The notes: a model not told the origin generated them from the letters alone. A DNA stretch of 54,883 nt from Candidatus Kaiserbacteria bacterium (GCA_963813065.1 CAWEXP010000007.1:1-54883); one strand, 5' to 3'; shown: positions 9,543-19,793, numbered from the stretch's first letter. Translations and numbers: made by a program.

Positions 9543-10484
9543 ATGGAATACCAAATTACACTTCCCAGCAAACCGCGCGTCGTTTCTGAAGAGGGCCTCC
9601 AGGGCGTCTACGAGATTGATGCGCTCTATCCCGGCTACGGCCACACGCTCGGCAACAGTCTTCGCCGCATCATTCTCTCCTCGCTCCCGGGCGCGGCGGT
9701 GACGCAGGTCAAGATCGAGGGCGTCCCGCACGAGTTCGCGACTCTCGAGGGCGTCCGCGAGACCGTGATGGAAATTTTGCTTAACCTCAAGCGCGTTCAC
9801 TTCGTCCTCCACGGCGATGAGCCGCAGACTATCGCTCTTTCCGCGAAAGGCCCGAAGGCGCTCACGGCCAAGGACTTCAAGCTCCCGAGCCAGGTCGAAA
9901 TTATGAATTCTGATCAGGCTATCGCCGACCTCTCGGGCAAGGCAGAGTTCGAGCTCGAGGCAACGATCGAGCGCGGCCTCGGCTACGTGCCGCGCGAGAC
10001 GCTGACCAAGGACAAGGTCGACATCGGCACCATCGCACTCGACGCGACCTTCACCCCGATTCGCCGCGTGAACTATGAAGTCGAGAACATGCGCGTGGGC
10101 GATCGCACCGACTTCAACCGTCTGCGCATCCTGATCGAGACCAACGGCACCGTCGCTCCGCGCGCCGCACTCGAGAAGTCGATCGAGATCATGATTCACC
10201 AGCTCAAGAGCGTGATCGGTTTCCAAGAAGAGCCCGTCGTCGAGACCTCCTCGGCGAAGTCGCTCGAGAGCGCGGCATCCGACGCGAGCAAGATCAAGGT
10301 CGCTGACCTCGGTCTCTCGGCGCGTATCGTCTCGGCGCTCGAAGAAGCGGGCGTCAAGAGTGCGGCTGGTCTCGCACGCAAGACTGCGAGCGCCCTCAAA
10401 GAGCTCGACGGTATTGGCGACAAGGCAATCGGCGAAATCTCTTCTGCTCTCGCTGAGCGCGGTCTCACCCTCAAGGGCGAATAA
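9543..10484 (+). CDS. rpoA: RNA polymerase subunit alpha
   Basis: GYGHTLGNSLRRIILSS, HEF, RVGDRTDF, C-terminal LGLSAR/GIG. Confidence 0.97.
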   Translation: MEYQITLPSKPRVVSEEGLQGVYEIDALYPGYGHTLGNSLRRIILSSLPGAAVTQVKIEGVPHEFATLEGVRETVMEILLNLKRVHFVLHGDEPQTIALSAKGPKALTAKDFKLPSQVEIMNSDQAIADLSGKAEFELEATIERGLGYVPRETLTKDKVDIGTIALDATFTPIRRVNYEVENMRVGDRTDFNRLRILIETNGTVAPRAALEKSIEIMIHQLKSVIGFQEEPVVETSSAKSLESAASDASKIKVADLGLSARIVSALEEAGVKSAAGLARKTASALKELDGIGDKAIGEISSALAERGLTLKGE

Positions 10485-10489
10485 TCACC

Positions 10490-10843
10490 ATGGCTTACAC
10501 TCGCGTTAAACGCATCTTCAATCGTCCGCGCAATCAGCGCAAAGCGCTCCTCAAGAGCCTCGCGCGTTCGCTGGTCATCCACGAGCGCATCTCGACCACC
10601 GAGGCCAAGGCCAAGGAGCTCCGCCCCTTCATCGAGCGCCTCATCACTCTCGCCAAGAAGGGTGGCCTCGCCAATCGTCGCCTGCTCAAGAGCCGCCTCG
10701 GCGATTCGGCCGCGGTGAAGAAGCTCTGCGACGCCATCGCGCCGCGCTATGCCGACCGTAAGGGCGGCTACACGCGCGTGGTCAAGCGCACCAAGCGGGG
10801 CGCGAACGACGCCCGCAAGCTTGCGTATATTGCTCTCGTCTAG
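10490..10843 (+). CDS. rplQ: 50S ribosomal protein L17
   Basis: ISTTEAKAKELR, RKGGYTRV. Confidence 0.97.
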   Translation: MAYTRVKRIFNRPRNQRKALLKSLARSLVIHERISTTEAKAKELRPFIERLITLAKKGGLANRRLLKSRLGDSAAVKKLCDAIAPRYADRKGGYTRVVKRTKRGANDARKLAYIALV

Positions 10844-10844
10844 T

Positions 10845-11222
10845 ATGCCTAAAGCTATGAAAGACGTTATCAAGCCCACCGAGCACACCATCGACGCGAC
10901 CAACCGCACGCTTGGCCGTGTCTCCAGCGAGGCGGCACACGCGCTCCTCGGCAAGCGCTCGGTCCACTTCGCGAAGAATATCGCCCTGCCGATCAAGGTC
11001 ACCATCGTCAACGCGCACAAGCTCCATCTCCCCGAGCGTCGCACCAAGGGCAAGGTCTACACGCGCTACACCGGGTACCCGGGCGGCTTCTTCAAGACGT
11101 CGATGGCCGACATGGTCGCGAAGAAGGGCATCGCCTTTGTTATCACCAAGACCGTCGACGGCATGATCCCGCGCAACAAGCTCCGCGTTCCGCGCATGAA
11201 GAATTTGATAGTCAAAAATTAA
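10845..11222 (+). CDS. rplM: 50S ribosomal protein L13
   Basis: IDATNRTLGR, YTGYPGG, GMIPRNKL. Confidence 0.93.
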   Translation: MPKAMKDVIKPTEHTIDATNRTLGRVSSEAAHALLGKRSVHFAKNIALPIKVTIVNAHKLHLPERRTKGKVYTRYTGYPGGFFKTSMADMVAKKGIAFVITKTVDGMIPRNKLRVPRMKNLIVKN

Positions 11223-11223
11223 T

Positions 11224-11619
11224 ATGGCAACACACATTATTTCCGCAGTCGGGCGCCGCAAGACCGCCATCGCCACCGTCCGGATGGAGAAGGCCGCCAA
11301 GGCGAGCCTCGTCGTCAACGGCAAGACGCCCCGCGACTACTTCGAGACCGAGGAGCGCGCACACATCGCCTTCGAAGCCCTCGCCACCGCCAACAGCGCC
11401 GAGCACTACGCGGTCATCGCGCACGTCGAGGGCGGCGGCAAGTCCGCGCAGGCAGACGCGGTCCGCCACGCCATCTCTCGGGCGGTCATCAAGGCCGAGC
11501 CGAACACCCGCGCGGTCCTCAAGTCCGCGAAGTTCCTCATGCGCGACCCGCGCGCCAAGGAGCGCAAGAAGCCAGGTTTGGTGAAAGCCCGTAAACGTAA
11601 ACAGTGGTCGAAGCGTTAA
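11224..11619 (+). CDS. rpsI: 30S ribosomal protein S9
   Basis: GRRKTA, GGGKSAQA, RDPRAKERKKPG, C-terminal SKR. Confidence 0.97.
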   Translation: MATHIISAVGRRKTAIATVRMEKAAKASLVVNGKTPRDYFETEERAHIAFEALATANSAEHYAVIAHVEGGGKSAQADAVRHAISRAVIKAEPNTRAVLKSAKFLMRDPRAKERKKPGLVKARKRKQWSKR

Positions 11620-11630
11620 TCCACTTTTTG

Positions 11631-11657
11631 AAAAACTCCCACATCCAGGGAGTTTTT
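11631..11657 (+). terminator. intrinsic terminator (bidirectional type)
   Basis: AAAAACTCCC-7 nt-GGGAGTTTTT. Confidence 0.75.
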
Positions 11658-11676
11658 CTTATGTCATGATGGGCGC

Positions 11677-11910
11677 GTGGAAATTCATTTTACTGACCAC
11701 GCGTTGTTTAAAATGGGTCAACGCAAGATATCTCTTTCGTCGGTGCGGCAAACGGTTCTCTCGCCCGACATTCGTCGACCTGGCCACACCGCTCCGCATG
11801 AAGAATGGTATCGGCATTATGGCGCTCGTTATCTCAATGTTGTGGTGGTGCGAGGGCCTTCGCGCATTGTCGTGATTACCGCACATTGGATAAAGAGGTT
11901 GCCAATATGA
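11677..11910 (+). CDS. DUF4258-like putative toxin
   Basis: FTDHALxKMxQRxI N-terminus and VVITAH C-terminus; paired with downstream DUF2283-like gene. Confidence 0.7.
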   Translation: MEIHFTDHALFKMGQRKISLSSVRQTVLSPDIRRPGHTAPHEEWYRHYGARYLNVVVVRGPSRIVVITAHWIKRLPI

Positions 11911-11923
11911 TATAATGGTTGCC

Positions 11924-12154
11924 ATGAGGATAACCTACGACAAGCAGGCGAACGCGCTCAATGTGTCAATCCGTCCAGGCACGGTAGCTAAGACCGTAGA
12001 AGTAGCCACAGAGGTCTTGCTCGATATCGACAAGAAGGGCAGAACGCTTAATCTCGAGATTCTTGGCGCGCGCGAGAAAGTGGGCATCCGCAATTTTGGG
12101 ACCGTTCGCGTCGGCGATATTCCGGTTAAGCTTCAGGCCTTTGCAGAGATTTAA
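11924..12154 (+). CDS. DUF2283-like putative antitoxin
   Basis: MRITYDKQANAL...LLDIDKKG...LEIL pattern. Confidence 0.75.
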   Translation: MRITYDKQANALNVSIRPGTVAKTVEVATEVLLDIDKKGRTLNLEILGAREKVGIRNFGTVRVGDIPVKLQAFAEI

Positions 12155-12175
12155 AGCGCAAGCAGGGGTGTTTGC

Positions 12176-12616
12176 TTAGATACAATATAGATTGATGGAT
12201 GCAAAAATCAGAAGTAAAACTATTCCCACAAATAAGCCAGTGTAGGAAATATAATTTGCCCGAACTACACATTCTTTTATTCTAGTGTTTTCCGGATCTG
12301 AATTGAGATTGAAAGGCTGAGGGAAGCCATGGGACTCCCATTCGTTAAGTTTAGTTTGCACATAGTCGCTAGCCTTGATTGCAAAGAAATAACTGACCGC
12401 GTGAGAAATTATTGAAATCACAAGTGCTACCCACGAGCAGACAATTAACCAACGATGCTGGAGAGGCGCTCCTTTCGAACCTAGGATAAAATCGATCGAA
12501 AGTACAAATAGGCCGGTTCCTATCACGAATATAATATTGTCCAACCCTCTACCATTAATCTCCTTTGATTTATCCATTCTGGCCCATTCCATTTGTTTGT
12601 GTTCTTGCGGAGTCAT
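12176..12616 (-). CDS. hypothetical membrane protein (about 3 TM, AT-rich)
   Basis: Three hydrophobic stretches; TGGTATAGT 6 nt upstream of the ATG. Confidence 0.7.
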   Translation of the reverse strand: MTPQEHKQMEWARMDKSKEINGRGLDNIIFVIGTGLFVLSIDFILGSKGAPLQHRWLIVCSWVALVISIISHAVSYFFAIKASDYVQTKLNEWESHGFPQPFNLNSDPENTRIKECVVRANYISYTGLFVGIVLLLIFASINLYCI

Positions 12617-12640
12617 GTGGGCACTATACCATAAAAGTCA

Positions 12641-12668
12641 TTGACAGAATCATCGCATCGTGTATACT
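12641..12668 (+). promoter_or_regulatory. sigma70-like promoter
   Basis: TTGACA-16 nt-TATACT. Confidence 0.7.
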
Positions 12669-12673
12669 ACCCC

Positions 12674-12840
12674 TACCGACCAAAGCGACGGAACGGCCCG
12701 GTGACAGTGAGGCAAAGATCCCTCCTGCGAACAGTTCCCACGCTCGCGCGGACGACGCCTTGAGCAAGCAAAGTCCAAACGAGGTGAACCAACCACAAAT
12801 GCTCCCCCGGTGACCGAAAGGTCCCGGGGTTTATCTTTTT
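12674..12840 (+). ncRNA. candidate small non-coding RNA 1 (unassigned)
   Basis: About 165 nt between a near-consensus promoter and a GAAA-loop terminator (12805-12840); no convincing ORF. Confidence 0.45.
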
Positions 12841-12852
12841 CATACAACGGGC

Positions 12853-12880
12853 TTGCACCTTGCGGATAGGTTGCTATTCT
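12853..12880 (+). promoter_or_regulatory. sigma70-like promoter with extended -10
   Basis: TTGCAC-16 nt-TATTCT with TG at 12872-12873. Confidence 0.6.
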
Positions 12881-12886
12881 TCCAGT

Positions 12887-13082
12887 AGGGAAGTAGGTGG
12901 AATACATCAAACGAGATTCCCCAATTCTAGAGACGGGGAACGAGGCACGCCTCTGGTGGATCTGGTTAAGCCGTAAGGTGCAGCCAAATGGTTCGACCCT
13001 CGCCATCGCGCGAGAAGAGCTTCCATCAAAGCCTAAACCCTTACTTCCGTTCCTTTCCCGCCGGCGCTCTGCGCCGGTTTTT
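12887..13082 (+). ncRNA. candidate structured RNA 2 (end-paired; 6S-like size)
   Basis: 5' GGAAGTA pairs with TACTTCC (13042-13048); internal TTCCCC/GGGGAA stem; terminator CCGGCGC-tct-GCGCCGG-T5 at 13061-13082. Confidence 0.5.
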
Positions 13083-13151
13083 GTATATTGACATCAGAGA
13101 GGCGATATGCGATTATACACGTCGGCAATTCGTTATTTGAGGGAAAGAAAA

Positions 13152-14160
13152 ATGGCAGCAACCTGCACAATTAACACCCGTGGCCGTTCCTGGAACCCCA
13201 AGGTGATTAAGGAGTTCGACGAATGCCTCGATTTGTTCGTGGACACGTTGGCCGAAGCGGGCATCAGCACTGGTGACTTCACACTCGAAGTGATCGAGGG
13301 CACCCGCGGTTCCGCACAGAGGAAGGGCGTCACGGTCTGTCGCGACGATGGCATTCTGGCCATCCAGCCCGGATCGAACGACAGCGCCTGGAAGTTCCAA
13401 CTTCGGATTCCGCCGAGCTCTACCATGGCGGAAGTCCTCGCGGCCCTCAAGGCCGTGCGCGAGAAGAAGTTGGATAAGCTCGCTAGGGAACCGGCGAAGC
13501 CAGCGGCACCCGCGCAGGAATCCGAACGATTGCCCGAGGGCATCTGCGAGGATTACGACACGCTCGCTCTCGCGAGCTACGGGGCGTTCACCTACGTGAA
13601 CGAGCCTATTACGCTCGACCGCTGGAACAACTGCGTGCAGAAGGCATTGGGGTATTCGTTCGACCTCATAGCCCAACTCACTCAGGCGCTGATGAATCGC
13701 AAGATTCTGAAGCAGTCGATGTTTTGCGGTGAGCTCTGTGTCGGCCTGTTGCCGAGCACATTCGCCGACTTCCTTGTGGAGCACAAGTTCGTCGCTCTAC
13801 ACCCGCCGGCGAAAGCGGTTGGTCCCGAAATCGTCGTGGAGTCACCCAAGGCCGCCGCGCGTAAGGAGGACGTCTTGAAGGAAGTCGACGGTGCCGGTCA
13901 AACACGGCCCGCCGACGAGGAGCGACTTCAGGGGCGCACGCAAGCAACCGCCCCCAAGGCACGTACCGATTCTGAACGAAGCGATCCACAAGGTCGCTCC
14001 GACTCCCGAGCCAGTGGTCGCGCCGCCTGCGCCCGCCGATGGCCTCACCGAGGCCGAGGCAATGCTCCGCGCGCAGCTGGACCAGATCCAGCAGATTCGC
14101 GCGCGTCGCATCGCTCTGGCGGAAGAGGAGGCCGCACTGCTCGCTCTGGTTCTGAAGTAA
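13152..14160 (+). CDS. hypothetical protein with Pro/Ala-rich linker and C-terminal coiled coil (probable frameshift within 13876-13970)
   Basis: GAGGGA upstream of ATG 13152. The alternative-frame C-terminus (EAEAMLRAQLDQIQQ...LVLK) stops just before the terminator. Confidence 0.6.
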
Positions 14161-14167
14161 CGTAACC

Positions 14168-14194
14168 ACACCCGCCGCAAGGCGGGTGTTTTTT
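14168..14194 (+). terminator. intrinsic terminator
   Basis: ACACCCGCC-gcaa-GGCGGGTGT followed by a T run. Confidence 0.85.
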
Positions 14195-14220
14195 ATTCTA
14201 GATTTCGGTATATTGGAGGG

Positions 14221-14766
14221 ATGGATTGGAAAGGCGACGACATAGACGAGGAGAGCATTGTGGAGCCGGAGCCCGAAGAGGGTGGCGATGCTGTCGTAGC
14301 CAAAATAAAGAAGATGAAGGATGAGCTCGCCGAGGTGAAGAAGGAGAAGCAGGACTATCTCGACGGCTGGCAGAGGAGCAAAGCGGACTATGTGAACTTA
14401 CTGAAGCGGACCGAGGGAGATGCGAAAGTGTCAGAGTTGAAAGGAAAAATAAAATCGGTTGAAACCTTGCTGCCCGCGTTTGATGCGCTCGAACGCTCCA
14501 AGGAGCATGGCGAAGTACCCGAAGGGTTCATGGCCATCGCGAAGGAACTTGAGAGCGCCTTCGCCGCGCTCGGGATCGAGGAGGTGGGGAAGGTCGGCGA
14601 AGCATTTGATCCTGCATTCCACGACGCGATGGGGCAGGACGTGGTGGAATCGGCAGAAGAAGATGAGAAAATAACTGCCGTATTAGAAAAAGGATGGAAG
14701 ATTGGCGAGCAGGTGATTCGCCCCGCAAAAGTCAGAGTCGGAATGTTAGGACATCCGATGTCCTAA
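14221..14766 (+). CDS. grpE: nucleotide exchange factor GrpE
   Basis: QRSKADYVN, FDPAFHDAM, KGW...IRPAKVRV. Confidence 0.95.
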   Translation: MDWKGDDIDEESIVEPEPEEGGDAVVAKIKKMKDELAEVKKEKQDYLDGWQRSKADYVNLLKRTEGDAKVSELKGKIKSVETLLPAFDALERSKEHGEVPEGFMAIAKELESAFAALGIEEVGKVGEAFDPAFHDAMGQDVVESAEEDEKITAVLEKGWKIGEQVIRPAKVRVGMLGHPMS

Positions 14767-14789
14767 TTGCACGGGGACATCGGATGTCC
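14749..14789. repeat. family A palindrome pair at the grpE 3' end
   Basis: GGACATCCGATGTCC-11 nt-GGACATCGGATGTCC; the two units are exact reverse complements. Confidence 0.9.
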
Positions 14790-14850
14790 GGCCCCGCTTG
14801 CAGGAGTGAGTGAGTTTACGTAAAATTACTAACGAATAACAATTTTAACC

Positions 14851-16740
14851 ATGGCAAAAATACTTGGGATCGACTTGGGCACCACGAACTCCGCGATGGC
14901 AATCGTCGAGGGCGGCGAGCCGCGCGTACTAGAGAACGCCGAGGGCGCGCGCACCACGCCTTCGATTGTTGCGATCGGGAAGAACGGCGAGCGCATCGTC
15001 GGCACCTTGGCCAAGCGCCAGTCGGTGACGAATCCGCTCAACACCATTTTCCAAATCAAGCGTTTCATCGGCCACAACTTCGACGAGGCTGATGTCCAGA
15101 AGGACAAGGCGGTGGTTCCGTTCGAAATGAGAAAGGCAGAAAATGGTGGCATCGAGGTCAAGATGAGCGAGAAATGGTATCGTCCTGAAGAAATCTCCGC
15201 GATGATATTAGGGAAGCTTAAGGCCGATGCCGAGACCAAGCTCGGCGAAAAGATTACCGAGGCCGTCATCACCGTGCCCGCCTACTTCAACGACGACCAG
15301 CGGAGCGCGACCAAGGCCGCGGGCGAGATCGCGGGGCTCAAGGTCTTGCGCATCATCAACGAGCCGACGGCCGCCGCGCTCGCGTATGGATTTAATAAAA
15401 AGAAGGACGAGAAGATCGCGGTCTTCGACTTCGGCGGCGGGACCTTCGACATCTCAGTGCTCGAAGTGGGCGATGATGTCATCGAGGTCAAATCGACCGA
15501 CGGCGACGCCCACCTGGGCGGTAAGGATATCGACCAGAAGATTATCAACTGGCTCGCCGACGAATTTAAAAAGGAGAGCGGCATCGACGTGCGCACCGAT
15601 GCCCTCGCGCGCCAGCGCCTCGACGAGGCCGCCGAGAAGGCGAAGATTGAGCTCTCGACTGCGGTCGAGACCGAGATCAATATTCCGTTCATCACCTCCG
15701 ACGCATCCGGCCCGCGACACCTTTTGATTAAAATGTCGCGAGCTAAACTCGAGGAGCTCTCGGCCGAATTCATCGACCGTGCGCTCGCGATCACCAAGCG
15801 CGCGATGGAAGCGTCGCCCTTCAAGATTGGCGATTTGCAGGAAGTGATTCTCGTTGGTGGCCAGACGCGCATGCCTGCGATCCAAGCGGCGGTCGAGAAC
15901 TATTTCGGCAAGAAGCCGAACATGACGGTGAACCCCGACGAGGTCGTCGCGATGGGCGCGGCGATCCAGGCCGGCATTCTCCAGGGCGACGTGAAGGACA
16001 TTCTCCTCGTGGACGTTATCCCGCTCTCGCTCGCGATCGAGACGGCGGGTGGCGTTGCGACCAAGCTCGTCGAGCGCAACACCGCAATCCCGACCAGCCG
16101 CTCGCAGACCTTCTCGACTGCGGCCGACAATCAGCCGGGCGTCGAGATCCACATCACGCAGGGCGAGCGCGCGATGAGTGCCGACAATAAGTCGCTGGGC
16201 AGGTTTATGCTTGATGGTATCCCGCCGGCGCCACGTGGCTTGCCGCAAATCGAAGTCAGTTTCGACATCGACGCCTCCGGTATTTTGACCGTGAAGGCCA
16301 AGGAGAAGACGACGGGCAAAGAGCAGTCGATAAAAATTTCTGGTTCGACCGGCCTCTCGAAAGAGGATATCGAGCGGATGCAAAAGGATGCCGAGGCGAA
16401 CTCTGCGGAGGACGCAAAGCGCAAAGACCTCGCCGATGCGCGCAATCTCGCCGACCAGATGGTCTATGCCGCCGAGAAGGCGATTAAGGACAACGGCGAG
16501 AAAGCGGGCGCTGAGGTGGTGAAAGAGGTGCAGGATAAAATCGACGCCTTGAAGACCGCACAGAAGAGTGATGACCTCGCGACGCTCAAGTCTGCGACCG
16601 ATGCACTCTCCTCGACCATGTCGAAAATTGGCGAGGCGATGATGAAGAATCAAACCCCGCCGGCCGGAGGCGGAGCCGCAGGCCCCGATCAGAATGGAGG
16701 GGAGGCTGGAGCGACCGACGCGGAATTTAAAGAGAAATAA
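14851..16740 (+). CDS. dnaK: chaperone DnaK
   Basis: [31 protein letters not shown]. Confidence 0.99.
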   Translation: MAKILGIDLGTTNSAMAIVEGGEPRVLENAEGARTTPSIVAIGKNGERIVGTLAKRQSVTNPLNTIFQIKRFIGHNFDEADVQKDKAVVPFEMRKAENGGIEVKMSEKWYRPEEISAMILGKLKADAETKLGEKITEAVITVPAYFNDDQRSATKAAGEIAGLKVLRIINEPTAAALAYGFNKKKDEKIAVFDFGGGTFDISVLEVGDDVIEVKSTDGDAHLGGKDIDQKIINWLADEFKKESGIDVRTDALARQRLDEAAEKAKIELSTAVETEINIPFITSDASGPRHLLIKMSRAKLEELSAEFIDRALAITKRAMEASPFKIGDLQEVILVGGQTRMPAIQAAVENYFGKKPNMTVNPDEVVAMGAAIQAGILQGDVKDILLVDVIPLSLAIETAGGVATKLVERNTAIPTSRSQTFSTAADNQPGVEIHITQGERAMSADNKSLGRFMLDGIPPAPRGLPQIEVSFDIDASGILTVKAKEKTTGKEQSIKISGSTGLSKEDIERMQKDAEANSAEDAKRKDLADARNLADQMVYAAEKAIKDNGEKAGAEVVKEVQDKIDALKTAQKSDDLATLKSATDALSSTMSKIGEAMMKNQTPPAGGGAAGPDQNGGEAGATDAEFKEK

Positions 16741-16798
16741 TTGCAAAATATATAGTGTGTGTTAATATGCCTGAAGGTTCACTAGAGGAGTGTTCTCA

Positions 16799-16903
16799 AT
16801 GGATTCATTGACCGCGTTCGCCATTGGTAAATTTGCTGGGTTTGTTCTACTGCTCATCGGTGGCGGTGTGTATTTCTTTTCGGTAAGACAAAAACCAAAG
16901 TAA
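16799..16903 (+). CDS. small single-TM protein (34 aa), not in ORF track
   Basis: MDSLTAFAIGKFAGFVLLLIGGGVYFFSVRQKPK; GAGGAG RBS, TTGCAA...TAATAT promoter at 16741-16768, and hairpin terminator near 16930-16955. Confidence 0.65.
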   Translation: MDSLTAFAIGKFAGFVLLLIGGGVYFFSVRQKPK

Positions 16904-16979
16904 CTTACTAGGAGAAATTCCGAGCGAGACGGCGCGAGCAATCGCGCCGCTTTTATTTTGAATGTGGTATACTACGAGC

Positions 16980-17198
16980 ATGACCACGCTGACCATACCA
17001 AAACAACTTGCCGCCCTCGGTGATTTGGTGTTGATTCCTCGCAAAGAATACGAGGAGCTTTCTTCACGACCACGTGTGCGCGAATTTACTCCGACAAAGT
17101 CGGAATTACGCGCTATTGCGCGCGGACGTAAAAATTATCGACTCGGTAAAACAATTTCTCTCGATGAACTCGAACGGCGATTGGCGCGTAAGGGTTGA
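16980..17198 (+). CDS. putative antitoxin
   Basis: 72 aa, LVLIPRKEYE...G..ISLDEL; overlaps the downstream RelE-like gene. Confidence 0.7.
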   Translation: MTTLTIPKQLAALGDLVLIPRKEYEELSSRPRVREFTPTKSELRAIARGRKNYRLGKTISLDELERRLARKG

Positions 17199-17433
17199 TC
17201 CTTTTGTTTGGAAGAAACTCGATCGGATTCCCCGCAAAGATGCGGAGCGTGTTCGATTGGTTCTCCGAGAGTTGGAAACTGATCCGTATCTCGGAGATGT
17301 GCAGAAGATGAGGGGGAGCGAAAATACTTGGCGCAGACGTGTCGGATCGTACCGACTCTTATATGAGGTTGTTACACAAGACAACGCAGTAATCGTGCAT
17401 GAAGTGGTGCGTCGCGGCTCAAATACCTACTGA
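17164..17433 (+). CDS. RelE/ParE family toxin
   Basis: DVQKMRG...[12 protein letters not shown]...RR....Y. Confidence 0.85.
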   Translation: MNSNGDWRVRVDPFVWKKLDRIPRKDAERVRLVLRELETDPYLGDVQKMRGSENTWRRRVGSYRLLYEVVTQDNAVIVHEVVRRGSNTY

Positions 17434-17474
17434 TTTTTGCATCAAAAAACGCAAAAGCGTATACTGCGATAATT

Positions 17475-18605
17475 ATGGCAAAAGATTATTATCACGTGCT
17501 CGGGATAGACAAGAAGGCAAGCGCCGAGGAGGTCAAGAAGGCCTTCCGTAAGCTGGCGCAGAAGCACCACCCCGACAAGGGCGGTGACGAAGCGAAATTC
17601 AAGGAGATTACCGAGGCCTACTCGGTCTTGAGCGATGCCAAGCGCCGCCGCGAGTACGACGCCTATGGGCAGTCGTTCCCCGGCGGTAATCCAGGTGCGG
17701 GCGCCCAAGGGAATCCATTTTCGGGCTCTGGTCCGAGTGGTAATCCATTTTCGGGCTTTGACTTCTCACAATTCCAGCACGCGGGTGGCGGCTTCGGGCA
17801 AGGCGGCGCCGAGTTCGACTTCGGTGATATTTTCGGCGATGTCTTCGGTGGCCGCGCCAATCGTGCGCGCACGCCGCGGGGCCGCGACATTTCTATCGAC
17901 CTCGAGATTCCCTTTAAAGAATCCATTTTCGGCACCACGCGCAAAGTGCTCATCGCAAAAGTTTCGACCTGCGAGCTCTGCAAGGGTTCGGGCGCCAAGC
18001 CCGGTACCGAGCTTGAAACGTGCAAAACCTGCAACGGTTCGGGCCGCATCCACGAGACGCGCAATTCTATTCTCGGCCAGTTCAGCACCGTGCGCCCGTG
18101 CGACGCTTGCGGTGGCACGGGCAAAGTGCCCAAGGAGAAGTGCCCGGAGTGCAAGGGTCACGGCACGCGCCGACGCGAAGAAGAAATCACTATCACCATT
18201 CCTCCGGGCATCGAGAGCGGCGAGATGATTCGTTTGCCTCAGCAGGGCGAGGCGCTGAAGGGCGGCGTCGCGGGTGACCTCTATGCAAAAATTCATGTCC
18301 CCAAGCATCCGACCTTCCGCAAGGAGGGTTCGAATCTCGTCATGCGTCTGCCGGTTAAGCTCACCGATGCTCTGCTCGGCGCGAAAGTCGCCGTCGAGAC
18401 TCTGGAAGGGAAGACACTCGAAGTCACCTTGCCACAGATGAAGAAGACCGAGGAAATCTTGCGCGTGCGCGGCCGTGGCGTCCCCCTCGACTCTCGCTCG
18501 GGGCAAGCCGGAGACCTTTTGATTTATGTTGAAATAGTTCTACCGCAAAAACTTACCAACAGGTTGAAGAAATCGCTCGAAGACTTGCGCGACGAAGGGG
18601 TATAA
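17475..18605 (+). CDS. dnaJ: chaperone DnaJ
   Basis: J domain with HPD, G/F region, four CxxCxGxG repeats. Confidence 0.98.
   Translation: MAKDYYHVLGIDKKASAEEVKKAFRKLAQKHHPDKGGDEAKFKEITEAYSVLSDAKRRREYDAYGQSFPGGNPGAGAQGNPFSGSGPSGNPFSGFDFSQFQHAGGGFGQGGAEFDFGDIFGDVFGGRANRARTPRGRDISIDLEIPFKESIFGTTRKVLIAKVSTCELCKGSGAKPGTELETCKTCNGSGRIHETRNSILGQFSTVRPCDACGGTGKVPKEKCPECKGHGTRRREEEITITIPPGIESGEMIRLPQQGEALKGGVAGDLYAKIHVPKHPTFRKEGSNLVMRLPVKLTDALLGAKVAVETLEGKTLEVTLPQMKKTEEILRVRGRGVPLDSRSGQAGDLLIYVEIVLPQKLTNRLKKSLEDLRDEGV
18483..18507 (+). repeat. family D hairpin element in dnaJ
   Basis: CCCC-TCGAC-TCTC-GCTC-GGGG-CAAG; translates as PLDSRSGQ. Confidence 0.6.
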
Positions 18606-18612
18606 TCGGCGC

Positions 18613-19134
18613 ATGCCCGTCCAGACGACGCTCACGCAGGTCAACACCATCGCGACGCATACCGCACTCTCGACCTGGAATTCGGCCGAAGAATTCCTCG
18701 CGGTCCTCGTGCTCTTCGGTATTTTCTTCCTTATCGCGTGGTACGTGGGGAAGGGTACGTTCTTTTCTATCCTCATCGCCTTCTATCCTGCGTACGCGCT
18801 CTACTCGATTTTCCCCTACTTCTCCTCTCTGCCCAGCACGCCGCCTCTGACGGCGCTTGTCGCGCAGGTCGGGACCTTTATTGCGTTCACGGTCGTCGCG
18901 TTCATCATCCTGCGCCGCGTCGTCGTTTCTGATTTCCTCTACGTCGGCATTATCGGCATGAGTATCCTCAGCTTCCTCGGCGCGGGCTTCGTCCTCGCGC
19001 TCGCGTACCACACCTTCCCGGTCACTTCGATTTACCAGTTCACCCCGGCCGTCAACGCACTCTTCGCGCCTAAGCAATACTTCTTCTGGTGGTTCGTTGC
19101 TCCCCTCATTGGCCTCCTCTTTTTCGCACATTAA
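18613..19134 (+). CDS. hypothetical membrane protein (about 5 TM)
   Basis: Hydrophobic 173-aa ORF with host-like codon usage. Confidence 0.8.
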   Translation: MPVQTTLTQVNTIATHTALSTWNSAEEFLAVLVLFGIFFLIAWYVGKGTFFSILIAFYPAYALYSIFPYFSSLPSTPPLTALVAQVGTFIAFTVVAFIILRRVVVSDFLYVGIIGMSILSFLGAGFVLALAYHTFPVTSIYQFTPAVNALFAPKQYFFWWFVAPLIGLLFFAH

Positions 19135-19156
19135 AAAAGCCCCGCGTGAGCGGGGC
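19133..19156 (-). terminator. intrinsic terminator between convergent genes
   Basis: A6-GCCCCGC-gtga-GCGGGGC on the plus strand. Confidence 0.7.
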
Positions 19157-19162
19157 AGGAAA

Positions 19163-19793
19163 TTATTTTGTTGAAGTAGTTTGGGGAGCTAGGAGAGCGA
19201 CCTCAGCTTCAATCACGCTTGCGATATTACAGGCATAATCAAGCGCAGCTACTCGACGGTGCTTCCATTCAAGAATGGCCTCACCTATACGTTCCCAAAG
19301 ATCGCGCGGAGTGATCTCAAGAGTGCGACACAATCCGATTGGTAAGATCGGAGTGATACCGCGTACTTGATGAGTACGTCTGCCGAGATGGTCTTCAGAA
19401 ACAATCTCGACCAAAAACCATTCTCCGTCACGGCTCAGTCCCCAAAACTTACTTATAAATCCAAAGGGTAGAGCGTCATCTGATTCTCGTAGAGACGTTC
19501 TCTTGGATACAAGCGACCCTATGCGATGTTCTGCAGGGAAAATGCCTCGTGTCTTGAAGGAGAACGTAGTATCAGATGCTGGTCGATAGTTAGGAATGAT
19601 ATCTCGAAGTTTGCTGTACTGATCTTCTTCACGCACCGCGCCCTCAATATCACCAAGCTCTTTGAGAGTCATTTCGCGCGCAAGAAACAAAAAGCTGACT
19701 TCTCTTGTGAAGTAAAACAAGCCAATCTAGTTCGGTAAGCGGTTCCTGGCGGGCCAGGATACGAATACCGTCTAAGTGCTGTCTCGGAAACAT
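19163..19793 (-). CDS. hypothetical protein (probable frameshift near 19690)
   Basis: AAGGAG RBS and ATG at 19793, promoter TTGACA-17 nt-TAGACT at 19903-19875; joins the 19163..19720 ORF across a T homopolymer. Confidence 0.55.

Noticed and set aside
15454-16746. Long antisense ORFs (430 aa opposite dnaK; also 43450-44352, 51517-52689, 10196-11053)
   Set aside because: These are shadow frames caused by GC-rich codon bias in well-identified genes on the other strand.
17712-17758. Direct repeat AATCCATTTTCGGGCT in dnaJ
   Set aside because: It is a 30-nt-spaced duplication in the low-complexity G/F linker (GNPFSG twice), which is ordinary for DnaJ.
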